The notes under the pieces: generated by a model | What the model was told of the DNA's origin: nothing | Databases searched by the model: none | The model's input: only the letters and a program-made list of their open reading frames with translations | Source of the DNA: Sminthopsis crassicaudata | Lineage: Eukaryota | Reading direction: 5' to 3' | DNA length: 64,000 bases | NCBI RefSeq assembly: GCF_048593235.1 | Contig: NC_133618.1 | Location: 112,321,105 to 112,385,104, forward strand | In this document: positions 50,427 to 63,900 of the stretch, in pieces | Numbering within the stretch: the first letter of the stretch is position 1 | Layout: every line of letters starts with the position of its first letter | Program-made: the position numbers and the translations under genes

Positions 50427-50749
50427 NNNNNNNNNNNNNNNNNNNNNNNNNNNNNNNNNNNNNNNNNNNNNNNNNNNNNNNNNNNNNNNNNNNNNNNNNN
50501 NNNNNNNNNNNNNNNNNNNNNNNNNNNNNNNNNNNNNNNNNNNNNNNNNNNNNNNNNNNNNNNNNNNNNNNNNNNNNNNNNNNNNNNNNNNNNNNNNNNN
50601 NNNNNNNNNNNNNNNNNNNNNNNNNNNNNNNNNNNNNNNNNNNNNNNNNNNNNNNNNNNNNNNNNNNNNNNNNNNNNNNNNNNNNNNNNNNNNNNNNNNN
50701 NNNNNNNNNNNNNNNNNNNNNNNNNNNNNNNNNNNNNNNNNNNNNNNNN
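50427..50749. other. Assembly gap
   Basis: N run. Confidence 1.
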
Positions 50750-51231
50750 GGGAAAGAAACTATATTTTTGTTTATTAAAAATAAGTAAATATCCAAGAGA
50801 ATGACAATAATGAGACAACATACCAAAATTTATGGAATGCAGCCAAAGTGGTAATAAGGGGAAATTTTATATCTCTAGATGCTTACTTACATAAAATAGA
50901 GGAGAAGATGAATGAATTGGGCTTGCAACTAAAAAAAAGCCAGAAATATATTTTTAAAAAATTTAAAAAGCTAGAACAAATTTAAAATCCCCAATCAAAT
51001 ACCAAACTTGAACTTCTAAAAATAAAAGGAGAGATTAATAAAATTGAAAATAAAAAAAATATATTGAATTAATAAATAAAACTGAGTTGGTTTTATGAAA
51101 AAAAAAAAACCCAACAAAATAGATAAACCTTTAGTTAATTTAAATAGGAAAGAGGAAAATCAAATTGTTAGTCTCAAAAATAAAAAGGGAGAACTTTCCA
51201 CCAATGAAGAGGAAATTAGAGCAATAGTTAG

Positions 51232-51736
51232 TGTAATTCTGGAGAAACTGAGGCAAGATAGAGATTAGAGAGTATTTAATAATTTATTTAAAAGGGAGAG
51301 ATTTACCAGGACCAAATAGATCCATGGTTTGATCCCAGGACTGAATGAATCCAGCAAAGAATGTGAGATCTTAATGACCTATATACATGTGGCTCAGACA
51401 CAGGGGTAGATCGAGGCAGGGGCAGAGTCAGGGTGCTGAGAACGGAATGGGACTCTGACAGGGTGGGAGGAAGGCACCAGAAATAGGGATGACATAATGG
51501 GGAGAGGTACCCAGAAGATGGGGAGAGGCATCTTGATAAGACAGTGTCTGATATTCTTATATCTTGGGATGGGGAGAAGCATTCTGTTATTTTAAAATAT
51601 AAGATCTTTTATCCTTATCAAATATTCTGATTAAAATGGAGGGGTTGTTTTGCAGGATTGAGCAGAACAATTATAAACTGAGGCAGAACAATTAAGGAAA
51701 CCAAGCAGGACAATAAAAAAGAACTGTGGTTTAACA
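51232..51736 (-). mobile_element. Solo LTR (probably ERV1-like) inserted in L1 ORF2
   Basis: TGTAATTC...TTTAACA ends; antisense AATAAA (TTTATT 51283-51288); flanks TTAG/TAAG; removing it restores L1 GCAATAGTTAG-GAGTTATTTTGCC. Confidence 0.8.
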
Positions 51737-51970
51737 TAAGGAGTTATTTTGCCCACCTTTATATGGATAAATTTGATAACCTAAGTGAAATGGATGAATA
51801 CCTACAAAAATATAGATAGAGGAAATAAATTATTTAAATAGTCTCTTTTTAGAAAAAAGAATTAGAACAAGCTATTAATCAGCTACCTAAGAAAAAAATC
51901 CCCAGGACCAGAGAATTTACATGTGAATTCTACCAAACATTTAAAGAACAATTAACCCCAATACTATATA

Positions 51971-52686
51971 TATATTTTTTAAATTTTTTTTATTAATTTT
52001 TATAATTATAACATTTTCTTTGACAGTACATATTCATAGGTAATTTTTTTTTTACATTATCTGTTGTACTCCCTTCTGTTCTAAATTTTTCCCCTCCTTC
52101 CCTCCACCCCCTCCCCTACATGGCAGGCATTCCCATACATATTAAATATTTTATAGTATATTCTAGGTACAATATATATGTGCAGAACCGAATTTTGTTG
52201 TTGTTGTTGTTGCAAGGAAGAATTGTATTCAGACGCTAAAAATAATCTGGGAAGAAAAACAAAACAAAACAAAACAGTGCTCACAGTTTATACTCATTTC
52301 CCAGTGTTCCTTTTCTGGATGTAGCTGATTCTGTCCATCATTGATCAATTGGAACTGGATTAGGTCTTCTCTATGTTGAAGATATCCACTTCCATTAGAA
52401 TACATCCTCATACAGTATCATTGTTGAAGTGTATAAGGATCTTCTGGTTCTGCTCGTTTCACTTAGCATTAGTTGATGTAAGTCTCTCCAAGCCTCTCTG
52501 TATTCCTCCTGTTGGTCATTTCTTACAGAACAATAATATTCCATAACATTCATATACCATAATTTACCCAACCATTCTCCAATTGATGGACATCCATTTA
52601 TTTTCCAGTTTCTAGCCACTATGAAAAGGGTTGCTACAAACATTTTGGCACATACAGGTCCCTTTCCCTTCTTTAGTATTTCCTTG
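51971..52686 (-). mobile_element. Younger antisense L1 3' end inserted in the host L1
   Basis: 17-bp TSD AACCCCA(A/G)TACTATATA at 51954-51970 and 52687-52703; T-rich start; ORF 52395-52643 resembles the ORF2 C-terminus. Confidence 0.92.
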
Positions 52687-55600
52687 AACCCCAGTACTAT
52701 ATAAACTATTTGAAAAGATAGGGAATGAAGGATTCATACCAAATTCTTTTTATGACACAGACATGGTACTGATACCTAAACCAGGTAGGATGAAAACAGA
52801 GAAAGAAAATGATAGACCAATCTCCCTAATGAATATTGATGCAAAAATCTTAAATAAAATATTAGCAAAGAAATTACAGAAAAACATCCCCAGGATAATA
52901 CACCATGACCATTAGCTGTTAGTATAATTGACTTTATCAATAACCAAATTAACAAAAACCATATGATTATCTCAATAGTGCAGAAAAAGCATTTGATAAA
53001 ATCCAACATCCATTCCTATTAAAAACACTAGAAAGTATAGGAATAAATGGACTTTTCCTTAAAATAGTCAGTAGCATCTATTTAAAATCATCAGCAAGCA
53101 TTATATGTAATAGGGATAAACTAGAACCATTCCCAATAAGAGCAGGGGTGAAACAAGGTTGCCCATTATCACCGTTACTATTCAATATTGTATTACAAAT
53201 GCTAGCTTTGGCAATAAGAGAAGAAAAACAGATTAAAGAAATTAAAGTAGGTAATGAGCAAATCAAATTATCACTCTTTGCAGATGGCATGATGATATAC
53301 TTAGAGAATCTTAGAGAATCAACTAAAAAACTATTAGAAATAACCCACAATTTTAGCAAAGTTTCTGGATACAAAAGAAATCCACATAAATCATTAGCAT
53401 TTTTATACATCATAAACAAAATCCAATAGCAAGAGATACAAAGAGAGATTCCATTTAAAATAATTGTTGATAGTATAAAATATTTGGGAATCTAGCTGCC
53501 AAGGGAAAGTCAGGAACTATATGAGCAAAACTACAAAACACTTTCCACACAAATAAAGTCAGATCTAAATAATTGGAAAAATATCAAGTGCTCTTGAATA
53601 GGTTGAGTGAATATAATAAAGATGACAATACTACCTAAATCAATATATTATTTAATGCTATACTAATCAAACTCTCAAGAAACTATTTTACTGACCTAGA
53701 AAAAATAACAATAAAAATCATCTGGAAGAACAAAAGGTCAAAAATTTCAGGGGAATTAATGAAAAAAAAAAAAAAAAAAAAAAAGCAAATGAAGGTGGCC
53801 TAGCTGTACCAGATCTAAGACTATATTTTAAAGCAGCAGTCATCAAAACCATTTGGTACTGGCTAAGAAATAGAGAAGTTGATCAGTGGAATAGGTTAGA
53901 TTCAAAGAACAAAATAGTCAATGTCCATAGCAATCTAGTGTTTGACAAACCCAAAGAACCCAGCTTTTAGGATAAGAATTCATTACTTGACAAAAACTGC
54001 TGGGAAAATTGGAAACTAGTATGGCAGAAACTTGGCATTGACCCACACTTAACACTATATACCAAGATAAGGTTGAATGGGTTCATGATCTAGACATAAG
54101 GAAGGCTATTATAAACAAATTAGAAGAACATAGGATAGTTCACTTGTCAGATCTGTGGAGGAGAAAGGAATTTGTGACCAGGGAAGAATTAGAGATCATT
54201 ATTGATCACAAAATACATAATTTTGATTATATTAAGTTAAAAAGTTTTTGTACAAACAAAACTAATGCAGACAAGATTAGAAGGGAAGCAATAAACTGGG
54301 AAAACATTTTTATATTCAAAGATTCTGATAAGGCCTCATTTCTTTATTTAGAGAATTGACTAAAATTTAAAAGTAAGGATTCAAGCCATTCCTCAATTGA
54401 TAAGTGGTCAAAGAATATGAACATAATTTTCAGATGAAGAAATTGAAACTACTTGTAGTCATATGAAAAAGTGCTCCAAATCATTATTGATCAGAGAAAT
54501 GCAAATTAAGATAGCTCTGAGATACCACTACACACCTCTCAGATTAGCTCAGATAACTGGAAAAGATAATAATGAATGTTGGAGGGGATGTGGGAAAATT
54601 GGAACACTGATACATTGTTGGTGGAACTGTGAACGGATCCAACCATTCTGGAGAGCAATTTGGAACTATACTCAAAAAGTTATTAAATTATGCATACCTT
54701 TTGATCCAGCAATGTTTCTACTAGGCTTATATCCCAAAGAGATATTAAAGGAGGGAAAGGGACCTACATGAGCAAAAATATTTGTGGCAGTCCTTTTTGT
54801 AGTGGCAAGAAACTAGAAACTGAATGAATGCCCATCAATTGGAGAATGGCTGAATAAATTATGGTATATGAATGTTATAGAATACTATTGTTCTACTAAA
54901 AAAAAACGATCAGTGGGATGATTTGAGAGAGGCCTGGAAAGACTTACATGAACTGATGCTAAGTGAAATGACAAGAACCAGGAGATCATTATATATGGCA
55001 ACAACAAGATTATATGAGGATTAATTCTGATGGACGTGGCTCTCTTCAACAAAGAGATTATTCAAACTAATTCCAATTGTTCAGTGATGAAGAGAGCCAT
55101 CTATATCCAGAGAGAGGTCTGTGGGAACTGAGTGTGGAAACAACATAGCATTTTCACTCCTTCTGCTGTTGTTTGCTTGCATTTTGTTTTCTTTCCCAGT
55201 TTTTTGTTCTTCCTTCTTGATCCAACTTTTCTTGTGCATCAAGATAATTTTATAAATATGTATACCTATATTGGATTTAACATGTATTTAAACATATTTA
55301 ACATGTGTTGGATTACCTGCCATCTAGGGGAAGGGATGGGGGGAAAAGGGGATAATTTGGAACAGAAAGCTTTGCAAGAGTCAATGTTAAAAAATTACCT
55401 ATGCATATGTTTTGTAAATAAAAAGCTTTAATAAAAAAATGAAGAAAATAAGTAAATACAATTTAAAAAAGAAAATGTAGTCTTTGTTCATATGACTTGG
55501 GCTACAAATGTAGTATCTGTGCCTTTTCATTCTTTTAATTTTCTCTGTTCAGAGCTTATCCAGAAATTTTTTTTAATGTTAGCAAAATATTGTTGCTGCT

Positions 55601-57841
55601 CCAACCCAAATTCTAATGTACTCTTTTGAATCCAAAAAATACAATCCAGCTCTGACCTCCTTTTCTCACAAGGATTAAAAAACCCATCTTGATGTGTTTG
55701 TATGATAATGCTAGACTCCAAGGTCTTTCTGCCCTTCCCAGCTCTGAAAAACTTGGAAGGAGACAGACCTCTTCCATAGTATGTGTGGCTGTTGAACATT
55801 TTTATAAACTTGAAAGAATTTGTTTACAAATGGCTTCTGGAGATTGGGTGGGGGGAGGTCAGTGGCAATGATATCACAAAGTCTGACAGAATACAGAACT
55901 TGCTTGGTATTCAAAGAAGAAAGACCATCCAGGGATGTAGTATAGAATTACTTATACGTTGGTTACCAAAAAAGGGAATGAAATTCTGGTTTTTACAGAA
56001 GAATTTGAGAAGCAAAAACACTTCAGCAGCATTCCTTAGCCCTGACATCTGGGAATAACTAAATTTTTTTCCTAATGTTTTACAGCCCCAAGTTCAGGTT
56101 CATTGCTACTGATAGTACAAGGTTTGAAAAACCCTACATTTTTTAGTTCATTTTCCCAGAATGATCTCAACAAGGGTTTTCTATATAGAATATCATTTTT
56201 AATCAATGTACTTTTTTCAAAACATAAACTATGATAACGGGCAATTGTCATTTTTGGATTTCTTCAGTGTGGCCTACTTCTTCCTTTTTAGTTAGGAAGC
56301 TGATGCTAACCAGCCATATACCCCCTACTTTTAGAATAATGATGCAGTAGCCAAAAATAAAAATAAATTTAATACATGAAAATTTCATAAAATTTTGACT
56401 GTTAAAATACAAAAAATATTCATAAATACATGTGTATATGTTTAAGTATTGTAGGTTTCCTCTGGCAAAACAGACAAAAAATATTTTCATTCAGGTTTTT
56501 TTTCCCCCCTGCAATTATAAAGCCATCTCCCATGAAGATATTACTTCTCAAATCACCTCTACAGATGCAGCAGCCCTCACATTTTCAGTAGTCATATCTA
56601 CTGGAGAATTAAAAGAAAGAAAATTCTTGCCACCTAAATCCTTGGCACCATCAAATTGTCCAGCATCATAACAGATATGGTTTTAATCAATGCAATTGAT
56701 GCAGAAGAAAATGCGTTGTCTACTTTGTGCTAGCCACACTTAAAGGACTATGGGGGCTTCCCATCTGATTTGTATCTACTACTCCTGTATATAGTGTCTC
56801 CTCCCTATTATAATGCGAGCTCCTTAAAAGCTGGAACTGGCTTTCTTTTCTCATTAAATCCCCAGGACTTTAGCTTTACCCATAGTGATACTTAATGAGT
56901 GCTTTTTTAATCATTTGCTCAGAAAACCCTGATGGTTAAATGTTACTTTCTTCATCTCCTTTACTGCAACTTTTCAAAGGAAAGAAAAAATATATCTACA
57001 AAGAACACATTATTGAATTAAGCGGAGAAAAAATTGTAGCATCCTAGCTCAGCCTCATCACTCTTGCTTTAGGCTGGATAGAATTGAAAACCAGAAGCTC
57101 CATTGATTTGAGTTTCCTTAATATGATATTTCAGGATAATGGTGAACATTTCATTTTCAGTAGTACCCAAATGTCTGGCAGTTTTAAGGATTTTACAGCC
57201 TTTTTCAGAGACCATGTTTTGCAACCCCCAGTTATTTTCTCTTGAGTTCTGATGTGAAACAAACTCAAGATCTCCCAGGCTTAGACTGGCTCTATTTTCT
57301 CTCTTATGCTCTTTTTCTGCGCTTCCACATTGCTTATCTGGGCAATTTGACAACTGCGTCAAATCTCCTTTGCCCTAAATCCAGGTTTCTCTGGACTAAA
57401 GACATGGAGTTGTCCCTCATGGTCAAAGATGATGAGGTTGTTGACAGCGTTGCTCTCTGTGTGAATGGCATTTAAAAAAGAATCAATCCAGACCAGCAAA
57501 CCTTTCCACATCAGCTTTCTATAATGTAAAAGATTATGCTCAGCTGTGTATATATCACTAGGAATTGCTGCTCATCCTTTGGGACATAAGTCTTGTCTGT
57601 CTCAGTCAGCAACTGAAAATTGTCCATTCCCACCTGCAGAGATAGTATGGAGCCTTCGTTCAAGAGGAGGGCTTAAAGGCAGGAGACCTGAAGCCAAGTC
57701 CTCACTTTCCACATTTATAAGCTGTGTGACTATAGATGAGTCATTTGTTCCAATAAACATTTATTAAACACCTACTATACATGGGCTCAGTGCTTAGCAC
57801 TAAGAAGACAACACCAAAACAATCTTTGACCACAAGATTAT

Positions 57842-57960
57842 AATATAATATAAAAATATGATATAACATATATAATAATATAATATAACATAACATAATG
57901 TAATATAACATAGAATAATATAATATAGCATAATATAATGTAACATAACATAACAATATA
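57842..57960. repeat. Degenerate (ATAAT/ATAAC)n AT-rich repeat
   Basis: Read directly. Confidence 0.8.
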
Positions 57961-57964
57961 ATTC

Positions 57965-58135
57965 ACAATAGTAGTCACAAGCATTTATATATTACTTTTA
58001 CAAAGTGTTTTATAAATATTATCTGATTTTATTCTCACAATGAACTTGGGAAGTATATGCTATTATTGTCTCCATTTTACTGATGAAGAAACTGAGGCAG
58101 AGGTTAAACGATTTGCCTAGGGTCACACAGCTAAG
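57965..58135 (-). mobile_element. MIR SINE
   Basis: CTCCATTTTACTGATGAAGAAACTGAGGCAGAGGTTAAACGATTTGCCTAGGGTCACACAGCT. Confidence 0.8.
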
Positions 58136-58199
58136 TAATATGTACTTATACTAAGTAATTTCAAGAGGGAGCAAGTGTTAAGAACTAGGGGGAATGATA

Positions 58200-58900
58200 A
58201 AAGATCTTGTTTAAAAAAAAAAAAAAAAACATGACACCTGAGCTGAGCCTTTAAAGAAGCCAGGGATTTCTAAGAGACAGTGATGAGGAGGTAGTGTATT
58301 CCAGGAAACAGCCTGCCTAAAGGTATGAAAATGAAAAATGGTGTGTGGAGCTTTAGAAATGGGTGGTAGCCAATTTTGGCTAGAATGTGTAATATGTGAA
58401 GGGAAAGAATATGAAATGTCTGGAAAGGTAGGTGGGAGCCAGATTGTCTAAGGTTTTAAATGCCAAGTTATGGAACTATGTTTAATCACAGAGGTAGCAG
58501 AAAGACCTGGACATTTTTGGAGTAGGGGAGGGATGTGGTCAGACCTGTGCTTTAGGTATGGCATTTGGCAACTCGGTGGAAGGCAGCTTGGAGAAAGGAG
58601 AGATTAGAGACTAATTAGTAGACTATTGGAACAGTGAGTGTTCAAGGCTACTTAATCCACGTATGAGTGGAAAGCACATGAAGGTGGAGAGACATGTGAT
58701 GGTTGAATCAACAAAGCTTGATCATTGATTAGATATAAGGAAAAGAAAGATTTGAAGATAACATCAATTGGAAGGAGGAACTCAAGCAGAAAAAAGAAAG
58801 AACGATGAATTTGGAAAGAAAGAAATTGAGTTGAATATGTAGAGTTTTTAATGGCAATAGAGATGTTCATGTGGAGACATTCCACAGAAAGTGGACAGCA
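58200..58900 (-). mobile_element. L2 fragment
   Basis: ATGACACCTGAGCTGAGCCTT, GGAAAGGTAGGTGGGAGCCAGATTG, TGGTCAGACCTGTGCTTTAGG. Confidence 0.7.
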
Positions 58901-60529
58901 CAGGACTGGAATGGAAGAGAGAAATCAGATAACCTCTCTGAACCTCATCTATAAAAATGCCACCAAGTTCTGAGGAAAGCATTTTGCAAATCTTGAAGCA
59001 CCATATAAATGAATTATTATTAGTTCACACCATCTAGAATTTGTTCTTGTCCCATGGGAACCATAACAAGGATACAGAACTGGTTTTATGTGCAAATCCT
59101 CTTGATACTGGTATTCATTCCTTTTTGTTATTGCCGTTCTTTCAGCTTTTTTAACTTATTGGTTTCTGGTTATTTTGGGACTCTTGTTATGCATGGCCTC
59201 CTTTCATTTTAATGGCTTTCCAGTTGCCTCACATCTAGCCTTTCCTGATCTCTGCCTGATATTGCTGCCTACTTGTCTCTTCAGTTAACAGCCCCAGATT
59301 ACCATATTATGTTTGTGCCGTTCACATTGAATGAGCATATGAAGGAAAGCCTGCCCTGATTTCCTAATAGCTGAGTCCCCAATGGCTGCTTGCCTTTGGC
59401 ATATCAGATTTTTTCATTTTCTGCTCTTTCCCTATTCCTGTAATACTTAGCCACCCATGCCTCCAAAGTAATTCTTGGCTTAAAATTGTGGTCTCTGTTG
59501 GCCAGTCCTTTCATTACACTAATCTTCAATGTCCATGTTCTGAACTAACATTTCAGACTGCTACATGTTTGGTTGATTTATCTTTGGCTACAGTTTCTCA
59601 GCCTGGACTGACACATTCAAAGTTATATTTCAATGAGTTTTTATAGTGTTTCAACCTCCTTCCTGGCACCATCCCTGTTTGGCTTTCCAAAGGGCAACTG
59701 ATTAGTAGTTGCTGACATCTATCTTTAGCACATGTCATACCCAAGTGAGCTGTGCTCCAGTGCACATCATTCCAAGAGCAGTGAAGTGACGACATTATAT
59801 TGGACCCTTGTGTTAGTGTCTTGGAAATAGGATTTGGACTTGAGATTTCATTCATATAGGAAATGGCTACATGAGGAAACTATGCAAGTCTTCACCTTTT
59901 CTGTATATACTTAGAGAATTGCCTAGAGCATTGAGAGATTAAAATGTCATATAGCCAAGATATTTCAGAGACAGGGCTTGAAGAAGTCAGGTTTTCCCAA
60001 CTTCAAGACTGGCTTTCTAGTCACTATACAATGTATATATACTCTTTGATTATTTATTATCTATTATATATAATAGATATTATTATATATCATATATAAT
60101 ATATCTATTATGTATTATTATATATAAATATGTGATTGTAAATTAGAATGAATATTGCTATCTCACTTCCAGCCTTTCCTGACTCCTAACATCTCTATTT
60201 GTTGTATATAACATAAATTATAAAATATGCAAATAAATTTTCTTGTAAACTGATAAAGCTATTAATACCAGAAGTAATATCCATAGCAGATCTAAATGTC
60301 AGGGCTTTGTCAATTACTCATCTCTTATTTACTGCGCATTGTACTAGACATCGAAAAATAAGAAATACAATAGATATAAAAAGCAAGGAGTGTTTAGGAG
60401 TTGAGCATGGAACATCATTCAAAAAGCCATTGATTAACTGCCTAGTAAGTGCCAGACTCAATAATAAGAACAACATAATGATCCCTTTCCTCAAGTAGTT
60501 TACATTCTATTAGAATGCCACAACATACA

Positions 60530-61500
60530 TTCAATCTTAAAATATAGTGCCCAGTGTGGGATGTAATTTTGATATGGACTTGACCAGGATAGAGTACAGC
60601 AGAGTTATCACTTCCTCCATTCTGGACACAATCTAAGTTAGCAGGAACGTTTTGAGCTTCTACATCAAATTTATTGATTCATTTTGAGTTTGTAATTTAG
60701 CAAATCTACTTGGGTCTTTTTCACATAAAATGCTATCTAGCCCTGTCTCCAATATCATTTGCATAGTAAAATTTTAAAAACCCAAATGCAAACTTTTATA
60801 TTCACCTCTATTAAGTTTCATCTCATTGGTGTTAGGTTCTTACTAAGTGCTAATGAGATAATGAGATATTAGGTTCTTACTAAGTGCTAAGTTGGTACTT
60901 GACAATTCTCTAGTTCTGGCCATGACTGGGAGTTTTACTTGTGAATTTCTGGGGAAGAGCTTGCATGCTTAGGAGGAGCAAGTTCATTGGTTGAAGTAAA
61001 TTTTCCCAGAAGCCCTTGCATTATCCCATGCCCATTCTCTGGGAGGATAAAAGAGGGAAGTCACTACACTGGACGAGAGTTAACAGCAACTGTCTGGAGA
61101 CAACGGTTCTCTACAGGAAGAAGAATCTGTCCGAGAGATTGGAGTTGACACAGCAGATCTCCCAGAGAGCAATTGGCAGCTTCTGGAGACAACAGCACGT
61201 TACACATTAGAATCTATATATTATTGCTTACTGATTAAAGAGATCTAGATCCCACTTTTGTCATCTGATGTAATATCTTGCCAGCTTCTGTTATATACAA
61301 ATTTAATAAATATGTCTAACTAAGCATTGATTAAAAAATATTGAAAATAACAGAGTCAATGTCAGAGTTACCTGTGGTGGTCCATTAGAGTCTGTTCCTG
61401 GGATTATCAAGAATCCTTGATCATTACTCTTTGGATTCAGGCAACCAACTAGTTTAATTTAGCTGGATTAATTTAATTTAGCTGAATTAACATTCAGATC
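60530..61500 (-). mobile_element. CR1/L3 relic split by an LTR
   Basis: TGACCAGGATAGAGTACAGCAGAGTTATCACTTCCTCCATTCTGGACAC and GATCCCACTTTTGTCATCTGATG antisense L3. Confidence 0.6.
60830..61204 (+). mobile_element. Solo LTR, same family as 16054-16627, without PBS
   Basis: TGTTAGG...CGTTACA ends; 6-bp TSD CATTGG/CATTAG (one mismatch); shared 24-mer at 61030-61053. Confidence 0.85.
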
Positions 61501-63719
61501 AGCATTTCTTCCCTCTTTACCACAAGTATATCATACAAAATAAAACTGATTTCAATTCAACATGCATGTATTGGACAATTACTTATATGCAAGGCAAACT
61601 TTTAGAATTCTGCCTCCCCCAAAAAAAAGTATGTAGAAAAGATGAGGGAAAATAGATTTTTAGGGATATTCCAATTAAATTAATTCAAATGTCCCAGGCA
61701 CTGTACTAAGAGCTGGGGATACAATTAATACAAAGACAGTTTCTACCCTCAAGAAATTTAATATATAAAGAGGACAACACACAAAAAGAGGTCAGGAAAG
61801 GAGGGGATAGAACATCAGAGAGTATCTTGGAGGTGAAATAAGGCAAGGCAGCAGATGCAAAATATAATGAATTGAGTCCAATTTCTGCCCTTCTATAAAG
61901 GAAAGCATTGGGTGAAGTTTAGTTAGCTCTCCTTCTGATCAGAAGAGAGTTAGCAGCTTGATAGTTCATTTAAAAGTTGTGAATTTATTTTGGGAGGTGC
62001 ATCTTGTTCACTGGAGTTGAAACCAGGCATGGCAGCAGATGCAAAATGGAGAGAAACACTCCACATTGAAACAGAGGCTTGTTATTTCATATGGAAGCTT
62101 AACTGATGATAAGCAATAGCCACATCCAAAGACTCTAGAAATTACATCAGGCAAGAAAATGAACTCCTTGCTAAGCACAAAAATATGGAAGCCAAGAGTA
62201 GCCCTAGTTTTGCATATAAACTTGTTCACAAAATATTCTAGGAGTAAATGATGAAAGAATATAAGTAAAATTGCCTGTCAAATAAAATTGTGATGTTTGC
62301 AGAAGACTTGTCAGGAGATCTAATTAAGTTAGATAGCCACAGGAGCTTTTAAAGATAAAATTAGAGGAAAGGTGACAAACTGATGAGAAATTAAGCACAC
62401 AAACTTTTTATGACAGCAGCAGAACCACCACTTTGGGTCTCCAACATTTCAATCCCAATGTAATATATAAGAAAATGAGAATGGCACTAAATAAGATGAA
62501 GGTAGAAAGAACAGCAAGGCCAGATTGCTATACTAGAATCACAGATTCTCATAATTAAAAAGAACCTCAAAAGCCCTAACTACATCTGGAAAAAAAAAAT
62601 CCTCTTTAATCCCTGAAAAGTAGTAACCCAACCTTCCCCCACAGATCTCCAGTAAAAGGGATTCCATCACTTCCTAATGCAACCCACTGCATTTTGAGAT
62701 AGTTCTCTCATTAGGAATTCTTTCTTTTCAAGTTAAAAATTAATGCATTTGCACATAGACTTAGAATTGAAACTGGAAGCAACCTCACATTTTGCTGTCT
62801 TTAATTTATCTTTTCTATTTATTGTACTGCTCAATAGAATGTGAATTCCTTATAGTCTTTCCAGTTATGTTTTTGTGTGCCCACTACTGAGTTTCGTGGC
62901 TCATGAATAGTAGTCACTAAATTAATAAATGAGCTCATGCAAGTGCGTGGTGGCAAATTATCTTGAATACTTACTAAGCTTGAACCCTCTTTATTCCCTT
63001 GTTACCTAGAACTTTTCCCAAACTCATCTATTTCTAACTTTCTTAATCCTCTGCTACCAGCTTATTGCACCCACCCCCTGCTTCTAGCCCTTTTTAGAAC
63101 ATGATGGTTAAAGTGCCCAGCTCCAAGTTTTATTTAATATATTTCTGATTCCACAGAAAGTAAGAAGCTTTACAGCCTCAATTTTTCCCTTACCCTTCCT
63201 TACGAAACCTCAACCCTGATGGGACCCAGGTGGGACATGGTATGCATATTTTTAGTTCTGCTTTAAGTTAATTCTTCCTGATGCTTTACATTTGTTCAGT
63301 AATTTCATCTATGGTTTTTCATAGGTAGACCAGGCTATACAACTTAAACTCATGAGAGGGAACTGGGTGTTCTGTCAGCTCTTCCATTTATCCGTGGTTT
63401 TAACTCTTTTAATTATTCTATATTTTCTATCCTCCCTCCTTTCTTCCTTCCCTCCCTCCCTTTATCCTTTTTTTCTCTCCCTTCCTTTCTTTCTTCTTTC
63501 CTTCATAATACAAAGTAAAAATCCAATATTAAAAACATAAATAAAATGAAAGTTGAACTACTCTTCATGACCTATTTCTGTTGTCCATGACTGTCATTAT
63601 TCTGTACATCTCAAGTAGATAGGCTATCTCTCTTGGACTGCTTTTTATTCTCCCAAATAACAATTTTTTAAAAAGTCTTTTCTATTGCTCTTAGATTCAC
63701 CACTAGTTTCAATATATTC

Positions 63720-63900
63720 TAAGAAGCAGCACAGTACAGTGGGAAAAGGGATAGTCAGGGTCAGAAAGAATTTGGGTTCAAAATCTTACCATAGCACATT
63801 TATCAAAGATGTGACCATGAACAAATTATTTAATTTCTCTAAGCTTCAGTTTTCTTCTTTATAAAGTGAAAATAATAATACCCATACTTCATAGATGATA
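63720..63900 (+). mobile_element. MIR SINE
   Basis: GCAGCACAGTACAGTGG head, GTGACCATGAACAAATTATTTAATTTCTCTAAGCTTCAGTTTTCTTC core. Confidence 0.65.

Larger units (their letters stand above)
50792..55444 (+). mobile_element. 5'-truncated, inactivated L1 (ORF2 after the endonuclease to poly(A)) with two nested insertions
   Basis: Perfect 14-bp TSD AAAATAAGTAAATA (50778-50791, 55445-55458); RT peptide [14 protein letters not shown]...[13 protein letters not shown] (FADD mutated to FADG); C-terminal CWRGCGKIGTLIHCWW; QVGFIPGMQGWFN motif deleted near 52910; stops and frameshifts. Confidence 0.95.

Noticed and set aside
50320-50826. Long ORFs across the N runs (also 43442-43690)
   Set aside because: Artefacts of assembly gaps.
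53148-54771. Active reverse transcriptase gene
   Set aside because: L1 ORF2 is broken by stops, frameshifts, a deleted motif, an FADD-to-FADG change, two insertions and 5' truncation.
57240-57540. Coding exon or structured RNA (several CpGs; ATTTGAC-N6-GTCAAAT inverted repeat at 57345-57364)
   Set aside because: All frames are short and unrecognised; 7-bp arms are expected by chance.
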